Positions 26,471 through 39,514 of a stretch of DNA of 64,000 nt are shown here, in pieces. The stretch's first letter is position 1; the number at the start of each line of letters is the position of its first letter. A model generated the notes under the pieces. The model saw nothing but the letters and a program-made list of their open reading frames with translations. It was not told the origin of the DNA and did not search any database. A program made the position numbers and the translations under genes. Source of the stretch: Eledone cirrhosa (lineage: Eukaryota); contig OZ024745.1 of assembly GCA_964016885.1 (NCBI GenBank), positions 113,026,001-113,090,000 on the forward strand, in the 5' to 3' direction.

Positions 26471-26850
26471 TTGGATTGGCAGTATCGGTAGAGGGTCGGA
26501 CGCTATGCTTTGATGCATAGAGTTACGGCCCTTGCCATTCTGAGTTTGAATCCCGCCTAGATTAACTTTGCTTTTCATCCTTACGGGGTCGATAAAATAA
26601 AGTACCAGTCATGCACTGGGTAATTGCTGGCCTTGTACCAAAAGGTAGAAACAATTATTAAGCGGTGGATTGGCAACATCGGTAGAGGGTCGGACGCCAT
26701 GCTTTGCCGCATAGAGTTACGGCCCTTTACGATCTGAATTCAAATCCCGCCGAGGTTAACTTTGCATTTCATCCTTACGGGGTCGATAAAATAAAGTACC
26801 AGTAATGCACTGGGTAATTGCTGGCCTTATGCCAAATATAGAAATAGTTA
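26471..26850 (+). mobile_element. Two tandem SINE-A copies
   Basis: Two complete head-core-tail units. Confidence 0.92.
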
Positions 26851-27839
26851 TTAAGAACGTGGTGGAAGATCGAATTTCGACAATCACTAACTAAACACAA
26901 ATAGGGATTTTTTTCCACACATAAATCTCCTGCTATGACGAAATGCTAACCAGGAGAAGTTCTACAGATAAGTTTGTTCAGACGTAAACCCATCACCTAC
27001 TATTATACCGAAAAATCTCTGGAAGAGGAATGTATAGCTTCTTCAACACAACATACTGCTCAGATTGTCAGGTATTTCCTATTTCTTGTAAGCTAGTAGT
27101 TTCTGACTAGAAAGAAATACCACAGGCCTTTTGAGCATATAAGGTAAACTTAGCTTTGATAGACCACATTGCTTTCTACATCAAATACCAGAATCGAAAG
27201 CACGCAACCGTACAATCCTCACCAGTCACAAATCTCTCGAAGCAGCTAAATTCAAACCACTTAAGCGTAAAGAGATTATAATTTCTAAAACCGTAGTAAA
27301 TGGAAGAATATTCACTCCCCATAATAGTATGCTGAGGTACTAAACATATCACACCACCAACGAATTTATGGGACAGAACAATAAAAAACATGGATACGTT
27401 TGGGTCTAGGGGAATATATGCTCTAATCTTCTGTTCCGTTTTATCTGCAAAACAGCGGTCAATGTCACGCTCTAGTATAAATTATGGATATACTTCTTAA
27501 TAACATACGAAATTACGTAACTATACAATATGCCCGTCTGAGCAACTGCTGTCATAGACGATCATTTCTTTAATACTAATGGAAACTTCGTTAACCAACG
27601 ATCAATTAGGGTTTGCCTTTCAAATCCTCATTCATGGTCAGTATTTAAATGATTTGATACGCTTTGTATGTGTCTATGAACATTTAATTCAACTTACACA
27701 AATCATCTACAAATATCCATATATATATATACACACACATATATATGTGCCTGTGTGTGTTATATGTATGTATATTGTGCTTAGTTTTGTGACATAAGTA
27801 TGGATTACACACACTGACCGTGTTTCGTTTTCCATAGTT

Positions 27840-28340
27840 GAACGTACTTTTAAGAGATTTCAAAGCAACAAAATAACGTTATGTGATTTAGTGTCTGAAA
27901 GTTTCAAGGATTAATTTGATAATATATTGGCAAATCTAAATCAGGGTTTCTATGACAGTTGATTTTGGTCTTGTCTTTAGCAGAATTGCTAAATTACTTT
28001 AAATCTTTGTGTCTTCTCTAATACTGGCCAATATATGCTAGTGGCTTCTACGTTGTCTTTCTATTTCCATATGTGCTTTGAAAGTACTGTGGTATTTTTT
28101 CAGCTACCGATGGTCGATTGAAATGTTTTGCTGTTGCAGGCGGCTCTTCAAGGCGTGCTCTATTGGCCCTTTATAGCCTGTTAATAGATTGTTCCTCGAT
28201 GCTTTAAACCTTTAGGAGATATATCGGCACTATGATTCGGAAATTTCACATCAGTTTGCATCTGCATGTGTTTAGTTCTGTTTACTTGCATTAATTTCGC
28301 ATTGTGAAATTTGAAGGCATTAGATACTTTTATGATTTGT
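27840..28340 (-). mobile_element. Decayed Penelope-like GIY-YIG fragment
   Basis: Minus-strand KNTTVLSKHIWK*KD matches the 'T.LSK.IW.LK' motif, with multiple stops. Confidence 0.6.
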
Positions 28341-28355
28341 AACATAACACACTAT

Positions 28356-28391
<36 letters not shown>

Positions 28392-28686
28392 AAATGATTT
28401 AAGGTGAATAACTAAAACGAGCGAAAGGTATGAGTTTGGATAATTGAGTGTATAAAGTGTATAAAGTGTATAAAGTGTATAATTGAGTGTATAAAGTGTA
28501 TAAAGTGTATAATTGAGTGTATTGAGTGTATAAACTGTGTATAAAGATTTCTTAACATTTTAAAATTCTCTCTGAATTGAAGACAAAAAACAAAAGAAAC
28601 ATAAATGTGCACATGTATGTATCGCTCTCACTCGCTTCTTTCTTTATCTATATCTATCTAACACTCTCTGTCTCTCTCCTTACCTC

Positions 28687-28765
<79 letters not shown>

Positions 28766-28881
28766 CGTGTGTACGTCAGGAAATTGCAAAAATACAAGGG
28801 ACCAAAATAAAAACATAGCAGTTCAAACTTATGAGTATATATGGCGTTAGTGGGTGGGATTGTGTGTGTGATTGTGTGTGT

Positions 28882-28973
<92 letters not shown>

Positions 28974-29443
28974 GATATGCAGTCTATGTGGATGTATCGA
29001 TGCAGCAGACTCAACCCATATGTGTAGATTGTTAGGTATAAATGTGTACATAATAGTGTGTGTATGGTGCGTGATAGGGTCAAGATGGAAGGAAGTACTC
29101 TAGTGGGATGCAAAATGTGTGGTGGTATGGTTCGAGCTGAATAAGTGTTTGAAAGGGTGCAAAATTGTTATTAGGTAAAGGTGATACGCGGTTCAATCTA
29201 AAAGGAAAGAGAGCAAGCAAGGTGGGAAATGAAATATTGTTCCTTGTGATAGCGAGAATCACGGTAGCCATGGTGTAAAAATACTCAACAGATAGGAATG
29301 TAAGCTGAAGTGACGGACAACAGTGGTTTGTTATATGTGCACATACTAAATGCATAAAAAATAGCAACCAGGAGATGTAGGCTGTTTTAGTAGCAAGACA
29401 GTTCCACAAGGAGAAAATATGGAAATAATCAAAAGAAAAAAAT

Positions 29444-29620
29444 AATTGTTTCTACTTTAGGCACAAGGCCAGCAATTACCCAGTGCATTACTGGTACTTT
29501 ATTTTATCGACCCCGTAAGGATGAAAGGCAAAGTCAACCTCGGCGGGATTTGAACTCAGATCGTAAAGGGACGTAACTATGTTGGAAAGCATGGCGTCCG
29601 ACCCTCTACCGATACTGCCA
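29444..29620 (-). mobile_element. Young SINE-A copy
   Basis: Near-identical to 34786-34960 and flanked by an aaaaaaataat direct repeat. Confidence 0.92.
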
Positions 29621-30344
29621 AAAAAATAATGGTACTAAAAAGAACAACGGTTTGAAGGCAAGTAAGATAATTTGTTGGAGGTATTTTTAAGTTCTGAAAG
29701 TGAAGTGATGGATGTTAACAAACTACGAACAAATTTCTGGAGTTTATGTATATACTGATATTTGTTTGCACACTGATCTTTGTTTGCATACTGATCCTTC
29801 TATACAGCTTGGTGTTTGTCTTGGTTATTATATTCTCCTTCTAATCTGATTTCTGCTTGTAATCTGATATCGATCCTCTTCTCTGTATCAAATATTACTA
29901 GATTTTCTTTATTTTCTGCCTGTATCTCAGAATGAAATTTCAAGTGCATAAATACATATTTGTTTCAACAGAGTTCAGTTCAATAAAATATCCTTTATAG
30001 TTTTGTATAGTTAAAATGTTGGATAATACGAAAATAACAAAAGAAAAAAACAAAAAAAAAAGATCAATTGAGGCTTGAAGTGAATATGAATTACGAGAGA
30101 ATACAAATTCATGTAAGGGGAATTTATGTTTCTGGTAATTGGTGGGCAAACAGGAATAAATAAGCATAATATTTTTCATAATTCGTTTTCCGTTCCACAC
30201 CCAATCGAGCTAATTTCTATAAATGACATTCTTTAAACTAAACGGTATTACGTGATTTCTGTGACTATACAAGACTATTCGCGGCATTACATTTAACTGT
30301 CCACTGGTGATATAAACTTAAATGTTTATGGTATGTATATATCA

Positions 30345-31110
30345 TGGTTTCTTATTTAGGCACAAAGCCAGCAATTTTGGGGTTAGGTGGAAAGTCGAAA
30401 TGCATCTAAATACGTCCCTTTACAGTCTGAGTTCAAATCCCGCCGAGGTTAACTTTGCCTTTCATCCTTACGGGGTCGATAAAATAAAGTATCAGTAATG
30501 TACTGGGTAATTGCTGGCCTTGTGCCTAAAGTAGAAACAATTATTTAGCGGTGGATTGGCAGTATCGGTAGAGGGTCGGACGCCATGCTTTGCAGCACAG
30601 TTACGGACTGAGTTCAAATCCCGCCAAGGTTAACTTTGCCTTTCATCCTTACGGGTCGATAAAATAAAGTACCAGTAATACACTGGGATAATTGCTGGCC
30701 TTGTTCCAAAAGTAGAAACATTTATGTAGCGGTTACTGAATATGTTGTCGCCAGACACGTGTCTGATATGCCTGCCATCGAAGGGATGTTGATATTTCAA
30801 GTATATGTTTACATATATACCTCCATGTTAAATTTAAATGCAATCTAAATACTCTAGCAAAATATACGACGGTACTCACACATGATAGTTTTAAAAGGAG
30901 GTGGATTGGCAGAGTCATTAGAGCATCGGATAAATGCTTAGCAGTGTTTATTCCCGTTCTGTACGTTCTGACTTCAAATCCCAGTGAGGTTAAGTTGCCT
31001 TTCATCCTCCTGGAGTCAATAAAATAAACCACCAGCTACATAATGCGGGTGAAATAATCAACTTTCCCTCCACCACACAAAATGTCACGTTATGCCAAAT
31101 TTAGAAATCG
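30345..31110 (+). mobile_element. Cluster of SINE-A copies and fragments
   Basis: Cores at ~30440, ~30620 and ~30985, plus an inverted tail fragment at 30345-30400. Confidence 0.85.
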
Positions 31111-32298
31111 ATACGTATAGAAAGTATAGATTTTATACCTATATGAAATGTACACGCATTTTATTTACGATATATGTAGGTAAAACGAATTTAACAAGGT
31201 AACTTTTTTTTTATCTAGTTCATCTATTGTATAATAATTTTTATTTCTAATTTTATTTTTATACGTTGTTCAATTTGAAAATATAGTAATCACTATCGAC
31301 TTTATTGGATTATAAACTAAGAATCGCATGGTAGTGCTTTAGACATCAGAAATTTAATATTTATAGGGTCAGAAAATGTCATAAGTTCAGTATTTCCTAG
31401 CGTTTTGCTATGTTTATGCAATTAATTCTGCATTTTACATTGCCCCATTGCACCTAATTGTTGGGATTGCCTAATTATAATTACACTAACTGCAAATATG
31501 TATAATTAAACTGACATTATATAAGATTAGTTGCATTACTCTGCAGAAGAGGATTACAATAATTATATACTGGAGTTACGGGAAGTGGTTATAGCGGATG
31601 TGAGGACTGGCTATTTCTATATTTTTAGTATTTTGAGACTAGCTTGTATATTTCGCGTGTTTTATGCAGTAAACGTATCATGAATTGTAAACAGATAGTG
31701 AATAATGTGAACAGTGCCTAGATAATATCAAATCAAATTCAATTTGCCCCTCGAGGGATAGTGATGTGAGATTATCAAGACATAACTAGTAATGAGAGTA
31801 GATTGAAGTTCATACATCGGTCGAAAAACCAATATTGTTTATCTCGTGTCCATTCATATTCGGCAACTTAACTGTCCGACGATAGAGATCGGTAAAATAA
31901 CTGTCACATTGAAATAAGTACTGGCATGGAGATAATCATCTAGACTCTTCAGAGTGGTGGACCTAGTATGGCCACAGTCTAAATGACTAAAAGTATCAAA
32001 AGAATAACAATAAAACTGTAATAATACGAAACAATAACAGTAAAAAATGGAACAAGAAGTTGTGAAAACAATTTAAATATTTAGTCATAAATAAATATTG
32101 TGACGTATGTCAAAACTTAACATCTGTTACCAAGGAAGAAAAATACAATTTGGAGCGTCATATTTTCCTGACAAACAAGAATCAATTAAGTCACTAGTAG
32201 AATCTTATAACTAAAACAGCTGCAACCAACCATTGCCGTCCAACCTGTACAAATACACATAATCTTCAACATCAGTGATATGTAATCAATATATATAC

Positions 32299-32341
<43 letters not shown>

Positions 32342-32441
32342 AATAAGAAGTCTAAGCTGCTTGTCTAAGTTGCTGTGGTCATTTGCTTCGGATAAATTTC
32401 ATTGTTGAATAAAACATTGAAATTCCAAATACCGCTCAACA

Positions 32442-32640
32442 ATGGCGACAGCCCCTCTGTATGGGTTGTTTCTTCTGCTTGGATTGGTGAGAATGGAAAT
32501 TCTGTATGGTCATATTTCAAGTTGTTTTGGTAAAGAAAGTATTTACGGGAAAATGGTTACGAGTATAGACGGCGAAAGTGTGAATCTGTCAAAATATAAT
32601 GGAAGTGTTCTTCTCCTTGTGAATGTTGCATCTTTTTGAG
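32442..32640 (+). CDS. GPx: Glutathione peroxidase (selenoprotein, GPx3-like, secreted type), coding exon 1 including Sec codon TGA 32637-32639
   Basis: ATG in good context (caacaATGG). Translates MATAPLYGLFLLLGLV...SIDGESVNLSKYNGSVLLLVNVASF-TGA-G, matching the GPx motif 'L..Y.G.V.L.VNVAS.UG'. The canonical donor GTAAGT follows at 32641 (phase 1). The hydrophobic N-terminus resembles a signal peptide. Confidence 0.95.
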
Positions 32641-32819
32641 GTAAGTGAAGAATAGTGATTTCGTGTGTTTTGCGTATAAGAATTCATATCTATTGAAATT
32701 CATAAGCATTTAGATATGTAAGCATTTGCATTTTGCATCTATATAATAAATTCCGGTAAATAACCTTTTCATTCAATCTATATTTGGCATTTTACTAACT
32801 ACTGCTATCTTTCATTATA

Positions 32820-33003
32820 GTGGATTAGCAGTATCAGTAGAGGGTCGGACGCCATGCTTTGCAGTACAGTTACGTCCCTTTACGGACTAAGTTCAAATCC
32901 TGCCGAGGTGAACTTTTCCTTTCATCCTTACGGGGTCGATAAAATAAAGTACCAGTAACGTACTGGGTATTTGCTGGCCCTGTGCCAAATATAGAAACAA
33001 TTA
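32820..33003 (+). mobile_element. SINE-A in GPx intron 1 (sense)
   Basis: Complete head-core-tail unit. Confidence 0.9.
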
Positions 33004-33174
33004 TACGCATAGATATTATGCATGCATGGATGAATACATACATACTTACATACGTATATAGAAGTACACACTCACACATGCTCTCATATAGCTATACGTA
33101 TATATATATGTACATACACACAGTCAATTATATATATATGTATATCAAATTGAGTATTTTCTCTATACACACAC

Positions 33175-33205
<31 letters not shown>

Positions 33206-33803
33206 CATGTATGTGCATATATGTGTCAGTACGTGTATGTGTGTGTGCGCATGTATATATATATATATATATATATATGAGCAGTAGCACTAACATTGTG
33301 TGATTCATGATAGGGGCGTGTACGAAGGCACACGTGATATGTTTATGTATAATAAACATGTAAGAGTTTCACTATGAATATTTTGAGCAGTGATCATGTC
33401 ACAGCTATCTCAGTAGCCATATGAGAATGTCAGGCATGTATTTCTCGATTTTTATCCCTCAACGGTGGCGCATGAAAATCGGGTGGAGTTGCTCATTTAC
33501 ATATCTTAATCGGCTAGCGAGATTCTAGCATGCTGAAGATACTTAAATATATCGTATATGTCTTCATAATCAACCTTATGAATCGTAGTATGTCACTTCT
33601 ACTTCTAATTAAGCATAACTGGTCAAATTTGCAATATATGCAAATATGCCTCTCCAATCAATGCTTTATTTGTACTATATGCAAATGAACGACCCCAGTC
33701 GATGTTTCGTATGCAAACAACACATACGATATAAGCTTATTCCTGTCACCAATGACGAACACAAATTCAAAATCACATGCCTGGCCTTCTTGTTCTATTA
33801 GGG

Positions 33804-34285
33804 CATTGGTTCCCAACCAAGGGGCCATAGCCCACCAGTGGGCCATAGAAAGTTATTGGGGGGAGCCACGGGAATTAACTAAAAATCACAAAATTTTATA
33901 CATAAAAAAGAAGAGTAGTTTCCTAACATAAATTTTTCTTTTTCTTGCTTCAAATTTTTATATTCAACTTTTTATCAACTTTCTACCTTTTCTAATTATG
34001 ATTTCACTTCACTTGATAATTATTTAAATCTGGATATAACAATTTATGTTTTAGTAAATAAACTTAGTAAAGAAACTTATTTTTATAACAGGATATATAT
34101 TATTTATTTTAGTAAATTTTAGTAAAGTTTATAATAAATTTAAAATGATTTGATTGAAATAAAAAGACACGCCGAAATTATTTCTACATAAAAAAAATAT
34201 GTCAAAAATTTTAATTTTTTGTGGGGCCATACTGTTTTGCTATATCATTAAGGTGTCATTTATTATAAAAGGTTGGGAACCGCTG
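33804..34285. mobile_element. hAT-type MITE in GPx intron 1
   Basis: TIRs are cattggttcccaacc / ggttgggaaccgctg, and the 8-bp TSD is tattaggg / tattacgg. Confidence 0.85.
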
Positions 34286-34465
34286 TATTACGGAGATAAC
34301 TTATTACAGCTTAAAAAATATTCTTAGCGAGACTCTTATATATTCTTTATACATAATCACAGCACCTTCATATACGCCACTATTGTGTGTCCATATATAT
34401 ATATATATATATTCACACATCACACATATATATAAGCAGTTAGTATTTATATACTACGTACATTC

Positions 34466-34496
<31 letters not shown>

Positions 34497-34785
34497 TGAA
34501 TGTTTATGTCGGGTCACTCTTGAGTGCTACTGGTAACATGTAACCCAGTACAACCTGTCGCATGGGCGGGTCGTCGGCGACTAAACCGGCAACACCACCA
34601 TGTTTACTTGGTGAGGAAGGTGACTCAGGAAACTGCGGCTCAGTAGTTACCGATGATGTTGATCTTTTCTTATTTTCGAGTTATAGCTACTGTCGCTCAG
34701 AGAGTGGGACTGGCTCAGTGCGCAGTCTTTCCTCACTTTAAAAAATATCTTCACGCACAGGAATTGCACGATAGAATTAATTAAT

Positions 34786-34965
34786 TGTTTCTACTTTAGG
34801 CACAAGGCCAGCAATTACCCAGTGCATTACTGGTACTTTATTTTATCGACCCCGTAAGGATGAAAGGCAAAGTCAACCTCGGCGGGATTTGAACTCAGAT
34901 CGTAAAGGGACGTAACTATGCTGGAAGGCATGGCGTCCGACCCTTTACCGATACTGCCAATCCAC
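34786..34965 (-). mobile_element. Young SINE-A in GPx intron 1 (antisense) with a 17-bp TSD
   Basis: Flanked by cgatagaattaattaat at 34769-34785 and 34966-34982. Confidence 0.93.
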
Positions 34966-36155
34966 CGATAGAATTAATTAATAATTATTAATAATGGTAT
35001 ACCGTGCAATGGTCATACTCGATAATGAGGGGGCAGCCATCATGTATGTATGTATGTATGTATGTATGTATGTATGTATGTATGTATGTATGTATGTATG
35101 TATGTATGTATGTATGTATGTGAACGTGTGGATTGTAGTATTTGTAAAAAAAAAAAACAATGAAATATTTATATCATAGATCACAGATACGAATTAATCT
35201 GATATATGAGGAAAATCACCCGAGCAACCTACTGGTTCGTGACGACTGATATATTGTGATTTTTGACTATTTCCCATGGCGATTCAATATATTTGCCATG
35301 ATCTCTCTAGTGGTTTTAATCTTAAATTTCATTTCGAGCAATATTAAATATATACTCTTATGTCAAATTAATTGCGTTTGCTCTTCCATCTTTACAGCTG
35401 GATAAACTAGAGCTGTGGGCATTTAATGTGTTTTTTTTCGAAGAGAAAGCACAGTGATACCCTAGTAGTGATACCCTAGTAGCTGTATTTCTGGTGTCAC
35501 TATATTCTGACACAATAGAAGTGTCACTTTGAAGGTTACCTGTCCTGGCTGCATATATTCTATTCCTCTAGTTCATATGTCCACTCCACTACTTCTGTTT
35601 TTCGGTAATAGTGTCACCAGAACTATATTATTTAATATCCTCTTCCTTTTATAAGGTGGTATAATGTATTTTGTGGAAGATTAAGCCGTTATTATTAGTA
35701 AATCGAGTGATGTCTTAGAAGCTCCCTTGATGAGTTCATATTATTCCTGGGAGGGTCGTAGATCCCATCACAAGCCCCGTCTCTAATTGATCCAGCTGGT
35801 TCCCCAAGTGCAAGCAACCGAGCTCATGGATGTTATCCAACCATCTTGCTTGCGGGGTCTACCCCTGAGTCGTTTGGTTTTGCCCGTAAAATCTGTTCAG
35901 CGATTCATACAAAACAAAGTGTATTTCTATTCGGTTGTATAAATATTTTGTATAAACTGCTATATATGTTTACGTACAAGTGCCACATTTTAAATGTTAT
36001 AAAATAAAACACAAGTAACACACACACAAAATTAAAAGTGAGACGAACAATTGTGAAAGTAAGAAATATAGAAAGAAGCCAAGAAAAAAGGAGGTAAAGA
36101 TCAAACAAAACTCAGTTTGTGTTCCGAAGATAATTGAAGACTTAACAAGTTAATA

Positions 36156-36610
36156 TTTGTTTCTATTTGAGGCACAAGACTAGCAATTTTAGGGGGAGGG
36201 GAAAGTCAACTAAATAGTCCCCAGTCGTAACTGGTACTTTATTTTATCGACCCTGTAAGGATGAAAGGAAAAGCTTCTGAAATCAGAAGGTAAATGGACG
36301 TAACTATATGCTGCAAAGTATTTTTTCCGGCGCTCTACCAATAATGCCAACCCAGTACCCTTAACATATTGATATTTTGATATAATCGCTAAAGCTTAGG
36401 AACAGTGCATTAAAATGATTGTTTCGACTTTTTGCACAAGACCAGCAATTTGAAGAGAAAGGAGGAGTCGATTAAATTGACCCTAGTGTCTTACTGGTAC
36501 TATATTCTATCGACTCTGTAAGAATGAACGGGAAAGTTAACCCCAGAGACGTAATTATATGCTGCAAAGCATGTTGTCCGGTGCTCTACCGATACTAATA
36601 ATCCACCATT
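36156..36610 (-). mobile_element. Two older SINE-A copies in GPx intron 1
   Basis: Diverged cores at ~36240 and ~36505. Confidence 0.8.
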
Positions 36611-37005
36611 CTCAACACATTAATATTACGATATAATCGTTATTACTTAGGGAAAAAATCAAAGTGTCGTTGGTTCATATCCTATCTCTGACACTATGGT
36701 TTGAAGGAACACCATTTCGACGCTTGTATTCTTGATTGAATTCTTTCGGACATTACTGATTTATTAAATGTGTAAAAGCGAGTTTAATGTTTAAAAAGTC
36801 ACAGATGTATAACACTTTATATTTTCACAATTTATTGAGATGGCGGTAAGAAGATTGTGTATTTTTGATAAATTATGTTAAATGTGAAATTAATTCATTT
36901 TAAATAGGAATCGAAATCATCTTGGAGATTTGACTTGCTTGGAAATTAAATTTTATTTAACGAAATAAGTCAAAAAACTATTAACAGAACTCCAATTTCT
37001 TTCAG

Positions 37006-37247
37006 GTTTCACATCACAATATCATCAACTGAATGCATTGCTAAAAAAGAAAACCCAACATAAATTAAAAATCCTCGCGTTTCCCTGTAATCAGTTTGGT
37101 TATCAGGAACCGGGGAGAAATAAATCAGAAATTATGAACAGTTTGAAATATGTTCGCCCTGGAGATGGTTTTGTTCCTGTAATAGATATGATGTCAAAAG
37201 TGGACGTGAACGGAATAAACGCCATTCCACTTTACAAATATCTGAGG
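37006..37247 (+). CDS. GPx: Glutathione peroxidase coding exon 2
   Basis: Acceptor tttctttcAG ends at 37005, and G+GT restores Gly after Sec. Reads GFTSQYHQLNALL...ILAFPCNQFGYQEPG...SLKYVRPGDGFVP...KVDVNGINAIPLYKYLR. Donor GTAATT at 37248 (phase 0). FPCNQFG.QEPG is the GPx signature. Confidence 0.96.
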
Positions 37248-37671
37248 GTAATTATAATTAATTTATTATAGTAATATAGAGTAAAATTAATTGTTTCTAT
37301 TAGAACATAGTTTTGAAAACATAAAACATTCTAAAGGTTATATGATAATAAAGCCAAAATAAAGCGTTGTGTGCAATTACTTAAGTCAATAGTCTACTGT
37401 AATAATTTTATTGTAATACATGTTTATTTTGTCTTTAACCGAATCTTTGTCATTGATAGATATGTAGATATGCTGTTGAAGATAGCATACACCAGAGTGA
37501 TAGTTTTAAGCAAGCTAACATAAATGAACACAATACACTACCATATAAACAAATACAGACATCGTGCTCAGCATCATAAAATCAACTGAATAAATTTCTG
37601 TCAAACTAAATACATAGAACCAATATGTATTTAGACATGCTATGAAATCAGGATATCTATCTATCTAGGGT

Positions 37672-37961
37672 GGCTAAAATTCCCGAGATCCATGGACGAA
37701 TTCTCTCCAGCGGTCTCTGTCCCTCTTCATCGCTGCCATGTCCTGTGTCTCCAAGAGACCAGTGTCTGTCCTTAGGGCATCAACATATGTCAACCTCGGT
37801 CTTCCTCTTCCAGTGTGTTCATGCAGGGGCTCCCATAGGAGCACTGAGTGCAGTGTCAACTCTGGATGTTGGTGAGCATGTCCAGCTAACCTCAGTCTCC
37901 TCTGTGCTACTCTCGAGCTGACTTTTGGGAGGCTGGCTGGACTCTGGTTAATCAGGGCATA
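37672..37961 (-). mobile_element. RTE-like LINE 3' fragment in GPx intron 2
   Basis: Reads VLLWEPLHEHTGRGRPRLTYVDALRTDTGL...MAAMKRDRDRWRE and is homologous to 50369-50610 (+). Confidence 0.85.
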
Positions 37962-39027
37962 TGTGTTTGAAATTAGGGTCGATCCGACCTATTTCCTTGT
38001 TATCTGGTTAATTCACTGTAATCCGAAAGTTGAATCGGCGTTGCATAACATCCAAAATGATTTCAGAAAGAAAATAAAAAAAAAACGTACCATGCAATTT
38101 TATTTTACGTGTCACAAAAGAATGAAAAGAGTTTATACGTTTCGGATCGTGGGATTTCGGTCGAAACAGTTTAGAAAACAGAGGGAAGAAAATAAAGAAA
38201 AAACCCATTGTTCAATGACAGTTTTATAGCGGACGATTCATGTCGAAGAGTAACTGAGCAAGGAGAAAAATAACAAAAGACGATTATTAAAAACTATATA
38301 TGAGTGCACATGTTTTGTGTGTTTGTGGATCTTATACCTTTGTATATTTAGAAAGGATATAACCATCAAGAAGCCGTAAAGCCCGTACTTTACGAAGGAA
38401 TTGTCTGTAGATATTTGTTTTCACCGATTAAACACTTCTTTGTCACTGTTGCTGACACTAATATAGTAAGTCAGTTATTGGCTCGTTAAAAACCAGTGAT
38501 GCTCGTGATAGTTTTCTCTGCAATTATTGTATTCTTATTTTTGTTAGAAACATTGTGATATAAGAATACATGAGAATAAAACAACTGCAGATAAAACTAT
38601 CATGAGTTACCTATTTGAAGGAAAATAGCTTTCTAGAAAACATTTCTTTCAATAAAATGACAGACTGGCAGTTGAAACGTTATCAGTTCGTACCCTGATG
38701 CCGACACAGCACTGTGGTTGTGACTTTGTATGGTCGCTGCAAATATTCTTTACGAAATAGTCATAATTCATCTCTTTAAGAAATGGTTACACTGTAAAAT
38801 TGATGGGGTTGATTTATTAACCTGTAACGTACAGTTGAATTCCTTCCATTGATTTATAGTTAAGAAGGATTTAGTCCCACAAGAATAAACAGGCCAAGAA
38901 AGTCTCACGAAGAAGAAATCATTGGTAGTGTTTTATCTATTCAATTAGTGTGGGAATCCTGTTACTACCTCCCCAACCAACAAGGCTGCCATCTTATTAC
39001 ATTTTGACTTAAGTTATAAAATTTCAG

Positions 39028-39222
39028 AAATCATGTCCAACGCCGGCCCGTGGGCAATACGATAAGATGAAATGTATGTGGGATCCTATCACTCCAAACG
39101 ACATCACGTGGAGCTTCGAAAAATTCGTTGTAAATACCAAAGGCATTCCAATTTACCGATTCTTACCAACTGTAGAACCAAATACTATCTTTGATGTACT
39201 GAAATTGTGGTCAATCTTGTAG
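39028..39222 (+). CDS. GPx: Glutathione peroxidase coding exon 3 (terminal, TAG at 39220-39222)
   Basis: Acceptor atttcAG ends at 39027. Reads KSCPTPARGQYDKMKCMWDPITPNDITWSFEKFVVNTKGIPIYRFLPTVEPNTIFDVLKLWSIL*, matching the GPx 'DI.WNFEKF.V...G.P..R' motif. Spliced CDS is 199+242+195=636 nt (211 aa). Confidence 0.93.
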   Translation, partial: KSCPTPARGQYDKMKCMWDPITPNDITWSFEKFVVNTKGIPIYRFLPTVEPNTIFDVLKLWSIL

Positions 39223-39445
39223 ATAATGGCAGAGAAAGAATATAATGTATGTAAACAATATTTTAATCTTCTTTTTGCTTTTAGATCTAACTTGCTATTT
39301 CTTTTAACAACACACACTCGTATACACATGGTATCCACTCTTCCTTAACTCAACGCACTACTATGTCATCGATAGTCAAATTAACCAGGCTTCTCCTGAG
39401 AAAGAGAGCGAGAGAAAGTGTGTTTGCATGTTTGTGTGTGTGTGT

Positions 39446-39514
<69 letters not shown>

